A stretch of DNA of 64,000 nt from Candidatus Thalassarchaeaceae archaeon (lineage in GTDB: Archaea > Thermoplasmatota > Poseidoniia > Poseidoniales > Thalassarchaeaceae), in contig JASMLH010000003.1 of NCBI GenBank assembly GCA_030748775.1, positions 24,281-88,280 on the forward strand, read 5' to 3'. The notes below the pieces were generated by a model. The model had not been told where the DNA came from. It was given only the letters and a program-made list of their open reading frames with translations, and searched no databases. This document shows positions 40,301 through 48,200 of the stretch, piece by piece. Positions within the stretch are counted from its first letter, which is position 1. Each line of letters opens with the position of its first letter. The position numbers and the translations under genes are program-made.

Positions 40301-41646
40301 GGGAGCTAGCCACCTATACCTTCACAATTTGGGCCTCAGACTCAGATTTCTGCAAAGGAGTCATTGACGAATGCCAAACAGTAGTTCTCACCCTCAGCAT
40401 AGATAATTCCAACAGTCAGCCAACCCTAAGTGTTAACGAACCCTATTCGGGAACTCGGATTTCAAGCTCTTCTTCTACTCTAATCAAGGGTGTCGCCAGG
40501 GACTTCGATGGCGATGTCACAAGAGTGGACGTAGAGGTGAAGGACGTTTCAAATGACTATATCACTGTCCATACATCCAGTACTAACGAGTTCACCGAGG
40601 AAGGTGAATGGGAGATTGTATGGGACACGACTCAGCTTAGGCACGATGCGGATTACCTTGTCAGGATTAGATCCTATGATGGACTGGACTTCAGTAGTTG
40701 GGTTGAGTTGTTGATAACTGCAGACAATCCGCCCAACGCAGACAGCAAGAAGCCTGTTTTCGAATCAACAGGATGGATTAGCGAGTACATTCTGTACTGC
40801 GATACTGATTCTAACTCAGTTAACAGATGCACAACAGTGGAAATCGATCTTCGCCAATTCTTCAGTGATGAGGACAATGACATTGAATTCATCTCTGTCT
40901 ACAATGACACATCCACTGGAACAGACGACAGATTCCCACTCGTGATCAGCATCGGAGGTGATGGCATAGCCAGATATGACCCGGCCGATATGCTGTTCTA
41001 TGACGAAAACATAGAAACTTGGACTCTGAATAACGTGATTTTCATTGCCACCGACTCATGGGAATCGAAGGCAAACTCAGAACCCGTAACTTTCCTTGTT
41101 GTTCCTCTGCAGTTTGGTATCCAAGAGCCAGAAAGGGATTGGGTCGAGGGAGACGAGATTGCAATATATTCTGGCACTGGTCTTCCCGGAAAGCAGGTCT
41201 CAGTTCAAATTGGGGGAACGCCAGTCAACTATACCGTCGTCTCAGAAGACGGAACTTGGGAGCTTGGTATCCCTGCATCGAGGATCAAGGGAGAGTCCTC
41301 CACCCCGCAATTCAGTTATGGCGGCCAAACTACACTTGTCAACCCAATCTTCAGCGGAGAGCCGGATATTGGGGGGACAGACTGGATGGTTGTTGGGGGA
41401 ATAGCCGTAATAGCTCTACTTGCCTTGGTTGCTCTGGCCTTTGTAAGTGGCATAATTGGATTGGAGATTGAGGAAGAGGGTGAATTCAGCAAGTCCCCAG
41501 TATCTTTGTCGGGAATAATAGATGCTGACTTGGACGACACTCCTCTATCTGATTCTTCGGGCTTGGAGAGGTTTGACGACCACCCTGGATGGCTATGGGA
41601 TGCCAATTCCGAGGAATGGGTCCCCGATCCAGAATTCCAGGAGTAG
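37357..41646 (+). CDS. Large surface protein: right-handed beta-helix region, Cys/Asp metal-binding motif, Ig-like repeats, C-terminal TM
   Basis: Signal peptide; GTITGTETW..LTGDVTIAPGAKL; parallel beta-helix repeats (ISNNQI..GIY..LTNNNI..GIVV..IHENNI); CSDGIDNDGDLLIDTDDDSC; Ig units (PTVKV..NITGSAHD, PTLSV..IKGVARD); TM (WMVVGGIAVIALLALVALAFV). Confidence 0.7.
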   Translation: MFMAAYRKRSSVSISCLFLLSIVVSLALPANTVSASNETTEGTITGTETWAGTHTLTGDVTIAPGAKLIIHAGSTVIFPNGTHIDVRGSLCAGSTSCGSPTNAGPAMKITLRWNEPANASATGECYGMSYSNQEIWIDDPSCSEGILMRSSIDLSETELRHVTFDGAWGVPHYISAVSEFRYGALVLDGASPVLTELDFTDINTSSVLTTNLAQPTFNGGNFVVGNDESRSIVGPALQIYSSGSSVSPFVLSDITLTGTGNGCQNNAGGRPTIWAEKSFIEIENAEILSGDYGIGLWSSAGSVTNSEVNANCNGIDINGKKSIGSTFFEFEISNNQITTQERSGIYASSGAYATLTNNNIAGASQGSGIVVYSSDVFIHENNIGPIGGYNGLWLGGSFDVIAENNSIFGTAGTPVVAGWYTNSLASASRVLLANNTISYDGTGACSSNTYWDGDFTCPVLHAFMTGVTMYDNLIDAGGTADGIRAVGSLLDIQRNTFTIPKTGAVIRNFDSGYSDSQQYGSLAFFSQNIWDGVEVTYNITKSSVTSQSEYIPSPPSGESPVKLSWPDQEAWPDNGFQGAILPTPVKECESCDNMTPRNFPLGVSLDNNSTVFTFANLTNLDLSKVKIATQPTHYAVQVSRAELVRFQTLINGERVNDALVIVEDAVGNDLYTVKTGADGFTPWIALPSNFHLDFRGLGGGDNPDGFADDEYEDSCSDGIDNDGDLLIDTDDDSCDYSAGTREMSLYRYTAYKFGFGYSRDEFILQESTHQETTNLVNQAPTVKVTQEDGHSFRRVVNITGSAHDGQLANSYSSDALAQWDQGGYVHSVQVKDPFTGSWEDAGQAVDTSAMQDGQVTRFDRPFSSWYYEIDLSAIAGEGDYTFEFRAFDGIDYSTVITRTIKLNAQPPTVFVSSPSSFSSHDEGTVHFVGSAQDPYGCPTECNKDIGLIFMRIEGPNFEVTTPVESNEDGSWEWYWDFSARPRELATYTFTIWASDSDFCKGVIDECQTVVLTLSIDNSNSQPTLSVNEPYSGTRISSSSSTLIKGVARDFDGDVTRVDVEVKDVSNDYITVHTSSTNEFTEEGEWEIVWDTTQLRHDADYLVRIRSYDGLDFSSWVELLITADNPPNADSKKPVFESTGWISEYILYCDTDSNSVNRCTTVEIDLRQFFSDEDNDIEFISVYNDTSTGTDDRFPLVISIGGDGIARYDPADMLFYDENIETWTLNNVIFIATDSWESKANSEPVTFLVVPLQFGIQEPERDWVEGDEIAIYSGTGLPGKQVSVQIGGTPVNYTVVSEDGTWELGIPASRIKGESSTPQFSYGGQTTLVNPIFSGEPDIGGTDWMVVGGIAVIALLALVALAFVSGIIGLEIEEEGEFSKSPVSLSGIIDADLDDTPLSDSSGLERFDDHPGWLWDANSEEWVPDPEFQE

Positions 41647-41691
41647 GACCAGCGTCCGAGACCTGCTAACATTATTGAGTGAGTCTGAGGG

Positions 41692-44226
41692 GTGAGCACC
41701 ATGGTTGCAATGGCTACGTCGAGACCCGGGGTCCAGGAACGAATATTCCTGCACCTGAGGGACTACATGGACCACAGTGAGAAGGTAGAGGTACCGTTCG
41801 CCCTATCACAGATGGGAATTGCAAACGCCGTTTCGATAGCCAGATCAAATGTCCCAAGGGCAATTTCCGGAATGAAGGAGGCCGGTCACCTAATAGAAAG
41901 GCAAGCCCATGTTACCGGTGTTTCCAGGAAGAGAAAGGCATACTTTCTAACAGATGAAGGCGCAAAGGTAGCTGACGACATTTGGGAAAGAGTTTCAGAG
42001 AATTCAGTAAGGCTGATCCATCCGGATGGACTGTCCGAGACAATAACTCTACAAGCAGCTTTGGAGGGTACCAACCTACCACTTAGACATGTGGACATGC
42101 TTCGTTACATGGACGACTCAGGGACAATAGATCTCACGGGCCTCACTCCCGAACTTATCGAGAGAGACCTATCTAAGCACATAGAGAAACAACTTGTTTC
42201 GTACTTGAACGATTTACCCAGGACTAGGAGATTCTATGGGAGGGCTGCCGAAATCGATGTAATGGCTGATTTGCTAGAAGCAAAGTCCGCATCAATTCTC
42301 GTTCCTGGAATTGCTGGAATCGGAAAGACATCCCTATCTACCAAGATACTAGATAGATTCACTCACCGCAGGAATCTGATTTACCATCGTTGCCAAGATT
42401 GGGAAGGATCCCGGTCATTCCTAGAAGCATGTGCAGAATGGCTCTCGGCAATTGGCCACAACGGGCTCTCCGACTATCTTTCAGCAACCCCCGTTCCTCA
42501 GCCTATTCTAGCAGTCAACCAAATCGAGGAAGGACTCTCAGAATCCCCGTCCCTGATAGTTATCGATGATTTGCACAAGGTCGGAGATGAGACTCTATAC
42601 ACTATCCTGAAGGAACTGACCCTAAGGATACCAAAACTGCAGGAAGTCGGTCTTGTCATGTTCTCACGCTCATTCCGGATGGTGGTTCCTGAGTCCGATC
42701 AATCAGGCAATATTGTTACTCTGGTCATGCCATTACAGGGCCTTGATGAAGAGTCCAGCAAACTCATTCTAACGGCATTGCCGGGAATGGAACCCAAGCA
42801 ATTCTCGCACATCTATACGCTATCTCGCGGTCATCCACTGATACTGGAGCTGATTAACAGGGGCAATGTGGCCGAGACATTTCATGCTACGTTGGAAGCC
42901 TTCGTTGAACAGGAGATTTTCAGCAGACTTTCTGCGGCCGAGAAAAGACTACTTGGTGCTATCGCAATATTCAGAGAACCAATTCCAATCAATGCGATTC
43001 AGCAGGCCGAGGGGGGAATTGATCTTCTTGACGAATTAGTTGAGAAGGGCCTTGCCCGTCAATCGGACGCTGAGAACTATGATGTCCACGACCTTGTTAG
43101 AGAATTCTTGATGCGCTCAATGGACGAAGAACTAAGGAAGCAACTACACTCAACGGCAGTAAATTGGTACAGGAATAGGAACGACGCGACAGACAGAATA
43201 GAATTCATTCACCACCTAAGGAATACAGGAGATGACGACGGCCTGGCAGAAGTCCTTCTTTCTGAAGGGCGCGGCCTTGTTAGTTCAGGACACACGGAAC
43301 TTCTTTCAATTCTAAACTCACTGGAAAGCAGCGACTTTGACCCAAAGAGTTGGGCACTAATTCGTGAACTAAGAGGTGACATATTTTCCATTCAGGGAAG
43401 GTGGGATGAGGCAGAAGTTGAGTACGATGCAGCGGCAAAGCACATTGGAAGCAGGAAGCCCAGCAGAGAGCTCGCCAGGCTTCTCTCAGCTAGAGCAGAT
43501 ATTGCTGTAAAAAGAGGTGCTATGGACGATGCACTTGAGTTGCACAGAAACGCCTTGAAGATTCAGGTTGAGATTAGGGATGCGATTGGAGCGGCGAGAT
43601 CATACAACAACATGGGTCACATTTTCCGGAGGAGGAAAGATACCAGGAGGGCCATGGAGGTATACGGGAACGTCGAAGGACTCTTGGAGAATGAGGATGA
43701 TCCAGAACTAAATGATGCCAGAATAAGGTTGGCCTCGGCATTCATTGAGATGGACGAGTTAGATAGGGCTAGGGAGCATGCACTAACTGCATACGAAGAT
43801 ACCAAGGAAATGGAAAATGAATTCCTCCACGCTAGGTCTAGAGCCGTGCTAGGAAGATTCTACGCAAAGATTTCTGATAACGAACTGGCACTACTTCACT
43901 ATTCAGGAGCTCTTGAGACACTCTCAAAATTGGATGACCCCCAAAGTGCAGTAGAGGTTGAAATGCTCCTCGGCCAGGTACTGGTAGATGCCGGGAGGAG
44001 GGAGGAAGCAGCAGAGCACTATCTTAGCGGCCTCGCAGTAGCAGAGGCAAATGACTTCAGAGTCCTACAGGGTGAACTACTAGCTAGGTTGGGGGAAGTC
44101 GAGCCCGATCGCTCACAACGTATGAGCTACCTTCAGAGGTCCCTGTCGCTATTCAGAGAACTTGGAGCAGTGGACCGAATGCGCGAGGTCCAGAACTCGG
44201 TTCACAGAGCCGTGATGGGAAAGTAG
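41692..44226 (+). CDS. wHTH-STAND NTPase-TPR protein (MalT-like signal-transduction regulator)
   Basis: N-terminal winged HTH (LSQMGIANAVSIARSNVPRAI..RKAYFLTDEG); Walker A GIAGIGKT (42307); Walker B IVIDDLH; FSR sensor; GHPL (STAND GxP); C-terminal TPR helices (AARSYNNMGHIF). Confidence 0.82.
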   Translation: MSTMVAMATSRPGVQERIFLHLRDYMDHSEKVEVPFALSQMGIANAVSIARSNVPRAISGMKEAGHLIERQAHVTGVSRKRKAYFLTDEGAKVADDIWERVSENSVRLIHPDGLSETITLQAALEGTNLPLRHVDMLRYMDDSGTIDLTGLTPELIERDLSKHIEKQLVSYLNDLPRTRRFYGRAAEIDVMADLLEAKSASILVPGIAGIGKTSLSTKILDRFTHRRNLIYHRCQDWEGSRSFLEACAEWLSAIGHNGLSDYLSATPVPQPILAVNQIEEGLSESPSLIVIDDLHKVGDETLYTILKELTLRIPKLQEVGLVMFSRSFRMVVPESDQSGNIVTLVMPLQGLDEESSKLILTALPGMEPKQFSHIYTLSRGHPLILELINRGNVAETFHATLEAFVEQEIFSRLSAAEKRLLGAIAIFREPIPINAIQQAEGGIDLLDELVEKGLARQSDAENYDVHDLVREFLMRSMDEELRKQLHSTAVNWYRNRNDATDRIEFIHHLRNTGDDDGLAEVLLSEGRGLVSSGHTELLSILNSLESSDFDPKSWALIRELRGDIFSIQGRWDEAEVEYDAAAKHIGSRKPSRELARLLSARADIAVKRGAMDDALELHRNALKIQVEIRDAIGAARSYNNMGHIFRRRKDTRRAMEVYGNVEGLLENEDDPELNDARIRLASAFIEMDELDRAREHALTAYEDTKEMENEFLHARSRAVLGRFYAKISDNELALLHYSGALETLSKLDDPQSAVEVEMLLGQVLVDAGRREEAAEHYLSGLAVAEANDFRVLQGELLARLGEVEPDRSQRMSYLQRSLSLFRELGAVDRMREVQNSVHRAVMGK

Positions 44227-45033
44227 TCAAGCAGCAGCAACCTTTCCTGCCTGAGACTCCCCAGTCCAGTGTATGAATTCCGGTCCACTTTGCTTTGAAA
44301 TCGAGATTTCACCTGAGAAATCTTCCCCAATTGCCATCAGAACTTCACTTTCTGCAATATGTGGTGCATTGTTCTTCTCTGAAAGGTGACATAGGACTAT
44401 ACTATTCAGATTCTCACTACAGACTTCTCTAAGAATTTGGGAGGTCTGTTTGTTTGATAGGTGGCCCCCCCTTCCCGAAATCCTCCTCTTTAGTGAATCT
44501 GGATAGGGTCCGTTGAACAATTTTGAATGATCGTAATTTGCTTCTATTGAGATGTGTCCGCAACCTCGTAGATGGGAAATCAGATCATTGGGGGCCTCTC
44601 CCAAATCCGTGACAATTGCCGCTCTATCCCCCTCTCTATCACTTGCAATAATGGCTACGTTGTCTGCATCGTCATGAGGAACTGGAATTGCCAACATACT
44701 TAGGGACGATGAGACTTCCACCATTTCGAGATTTCCGAATGTCTTGCAATCCTCAGTTGGGCTCCAACCCATCCTAATTGCTGTCTCGAGATTACAATGT
44801 AGGCTAGCCTCCCATGCCTTTGAGGATCTTAGGGCACTGGCTGAGTGGTCTTTGTGATGGTGAGTAACAATAACCGCATCTACGCTAGATGGCTCCACTC
44901 CAATAATCCCCAATCTTTTCTCTGTCTGCCTCGTGCTGAATCCACAATCCACCAACACATTTGTCCCATTTGAGCTGAGTAATGTCGCATTACCCCTACT
45001 TCCGGAACCCAAGTGTGTAATCTGAATTGACAT
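44227..45033 (-). CDS. Metallo-beta-lactamase-fold hydrolase (YycJ/WalJ-like)
   Basis: LGSGSRGNA, LVDCGF, THHHKDH, VPHDDA, TDLG, IEANYD, GHLSN, LCHLSEKNN. ATG 45033 preferred. Confidence 0.88.
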   Translation of the reverse strand: MSIQITHLGSGSRGNATLLSSNGTNVLVDCGFSTRQTEKRLGIIGVEPSSVDAVIVTHHHKDHSASALRSSKAWEASLHCNLETAIRMGWSPTEDCKTFGNLEMVEVSSSLSMLAIPVPHDDADNVAIIASDREGDRAAIVTDLGEAPNDLISHLRGCGHISIEANYDHSKLFNGPYPDSLKRRISGRGGHLSNKQTSQILREVCSENLNSIVLCHLSEKNNAPHIAESEVLMAIGEDFSGEISISKQSGPEFIHWTGESQAGKVAAA

Positions 45034-45210
45034 TCTCCAACCGCCCCGAACATTACAACCTTTGAACCAATCCATAATGTTGTCTGGAATCTACACATTT
45101 TCTTCTCTACGACAAATTGCCGGGAACATATGTCAGAGCCTTTGTCCGAACGACGCTCCATCATCATGATAAATCACTCAAGTGGAGAAAATATCACCTG
45201 GGTGGGTGAA

Positions 45211-48200
45211 ATGAGGCGCAAGCAATCTGCCCTACTCATTTCTTTCCTGATTCTTTCTAGCTTAGCCTTCGTTTCTCAGACTAGGCCACAGTCTCCTGTG
45301 TCGTCTACAGACCCCACTCTTGCAGAAGGAAGCGAATCTCCAGTAACTGACCAGGATGGCGATTTAATTCCAGATCTATATGAGGTAATATTCGGCGAAG
45401 AACTTCTCGTTGACAGCCCAATGATTGACATGTCGATTGCTGGATTGGACCCTTCAGACTCTACTGACAATACTTCTGACTTGGATAGAGACGGACTAAC
45501 CGCCCTTCAGGAATATTGTTGGCCCTACACCATAGATATGTGCTTTGAAGAAAGGAATAGCTTGACGGGAAAGCCTCCAGAAGAGACATCTTCAGGACTC
45601 AGAGAGTATCTGGATCCACGAAATTCAGATACAGATGGCGATGGACTTCCAGATGGTTATGAGGTACACATGTGCACGGTGGGAGGATTGTACAAGACTA
45701 ACCCAAATGACCCTCTAAACCCCAATAATTTCTGGGAGTGCAGGTATTTCGACCCCCTCGACCCGATCGACTCAGTCTCGGACTTCGATAGATGCGAAGC
45801 CGACTTCAGCTGGGGCTGTGGTGACGGATTCGATTTCAATAGCAATGGATTTATTGATCAAGGAGAGCGGTTCACAAACACAGAAGAGTATCTCTTTGGT
45901 TCACCTAGTGATTGGATCACTGAACGAGACGGCCTCTGGTGCGCAGGTGAGATATCAGGGCTTGTACCAGGCTCATGTCAGATTGAGTTCGAAAGGCCCA
46001 CTGGCGATTCAGGCTGGCTAGGGACAGATCCGAGATATAGTGACTCAGACTATTATTCATGGGATGCATTAGTCCCCGATGGACTCGAAATTCTAGGCGA
46101 TGGAATTCCAGATGGTTGGGAATTCCATCACGGACTTAATCCACTGAATGCCTCCGATTCCATAGTCGACTCCGACACTGACGGATGGGACCTCGATGGA
46201 GATGGATATGTTACTCCTGACATCACACCTGGAACGGCACTTTGGGGCGAGTCCTTCAGCAACTATGAGGAGTACGCGATTGATTATGATGAAAATACAG
46301 GGGTTATCCCCGGGCTAAGGGGAGTGAAGGCCACTGGTCAGAATGAACCGATATTGAGCTATGATCATTCTACTGCAATAAGCATTGTAGACCCAGCCAT
46401 CCACTCAATAATTTCTGACCAGGCAAGAGAGAGGCTAATCATAGGATCAAAATATGGCATTACAGTTCTTGACCCATTCAGGGGAACAACCTCGGAATTC
46501 AATTTCGCTCCGGGTCTCGAATCATTGACTATTGCCAGGCAATTCGTAGGTGACTCAGATTTTCTACTGATAGGATCCAATATCGGAATCCATATGGTTA
46601 TGATGGAAAATGGGCTGCCTGTAATGGGCTCTATACAATCTTCTGAAATTGGCCAAGTTTCTGAAATCCTTACGCTGAAGTCATCTTCAGAAAATATCGA
46701 TTTGATTCTAATGGGGAGCAGTAATGCATGGAAGATGTCACTGGATGGCGCCCTTTCGGGGCCTTCAGAACCAATGGATATCACAATCATCCAGTCTCTT
46801 TCTCACTTGCTCGGGGACTCTAACGCAACGGCATTTTCATCTGCACACATAGAGATGCCCGGTCGATCACCGATGCTAATGATCGGAACCGATGTTGGAT
46901 TAATTGCTTGGAACACTTCTGATGGATCTGAGTCCATGGGTTTGCCTTGGTGGATTTTCAATAGGGCCAACTCAGAGGACTTTGTAACTCCTAATATATT
47001 GGACTCGTCCAAGTCTTCATCAGTCAATGTTATCGAGGTAGTAACAAATTCCGATGGAACCAATGATGTTTGGATGGGGACTGGGGGCGGCCTTCATCTG
47101 ATTGATTTAGACATCATTATTTCCCAACCCGAGAGGGCATTTCAGAACGAGAGGATGCTGAACATAGATGGACTTCTAACCGGAGCAAACGACGTTCACT
47201 CAATTATGCAACTAGACGGGATGGTAGCCGTCGGTTCGAGAGATGGAACCTGGTGCTTAGAGGGAGGCCCAAGTGGAATTCTTGGATTGTACTATAATCA
47301 GACAGAAATCCCCGGATTAGTTTCTTCCATGGCCACATTAGAAAGTGAGGGCGAGTCATGGTTGTTTGTGGGAGTATCTCCCGGGAGATTCATGAACATT
47401 GCACCGATGAACCCCCACTCCTCCGACTCTGATCTAGATGGCATGCCCGATGGATGGGAGTTCGCCTACGGACTTGACCCAACCGATCCATTCGATGCTA
47501 CAAGGGATTTGGATGCGGACGGCGTCTCAATAGAATGGGGCGGGCAGATTGAGTACAATAGGCTCTGGAGCAATCTCGATGAGTACCGATTTGTCTCCAC
47601 CTCGGATGGTGGATTCAATGGAACCGATCCAAGAAACCTAGACTCTGATGGTGATGGCCTTACCGATGGCGAAGAGTACTGGGGTTGGTTTGTCGACTCA
47701 ACCAACTTTGACTGCCATTACCTGAACGGAGAGTATGCCTGTGACGAGAGTTTGGGATTTTCTTCTAGAGAGGTACACCTTGGGGGATGGTTAGGTACTG
47801 GTTCAGGAGGGGGCAGTGATACTCCTACGGATCCAACAAATCCAGATTCTGATGGCGATGGCATGCCTGATGGATGGGAAATTCGCCATAGAAGGTGGGT
47901 GGGAGACGTCTATACCGGAGGAAATGAATGGACACTGGACCCCGGTGACCCTACTGATGCCAACAAAGATGCGGACGGAGACGGTTTAACCAATATTTGT
48001 GAGTATCAGTGGGAGGCTAGGAGATCGCTTGCCATCAGCTCAGGACTGATGTCCCATGGCGAGAATTCTGAGTATGCAAAAGAATGGATACCCACTGATC
48101 CCAATTCAGTTGACTCAGATCAGGACTCCTTGCCAGATGGTTGGGAGGCCCGATACTCATGCCATTGGCCCGCCGAGAATTCTGGGATAAACCCCATGAA

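Noticed and set aside
41692-45033. Avs-type antiviral STAND system with an MBL effector
   Set aside because: The genes are convergent rather than operonic, the STAND N-terminus is a wHTH rather than a nuclease, and the context is housekeeping.
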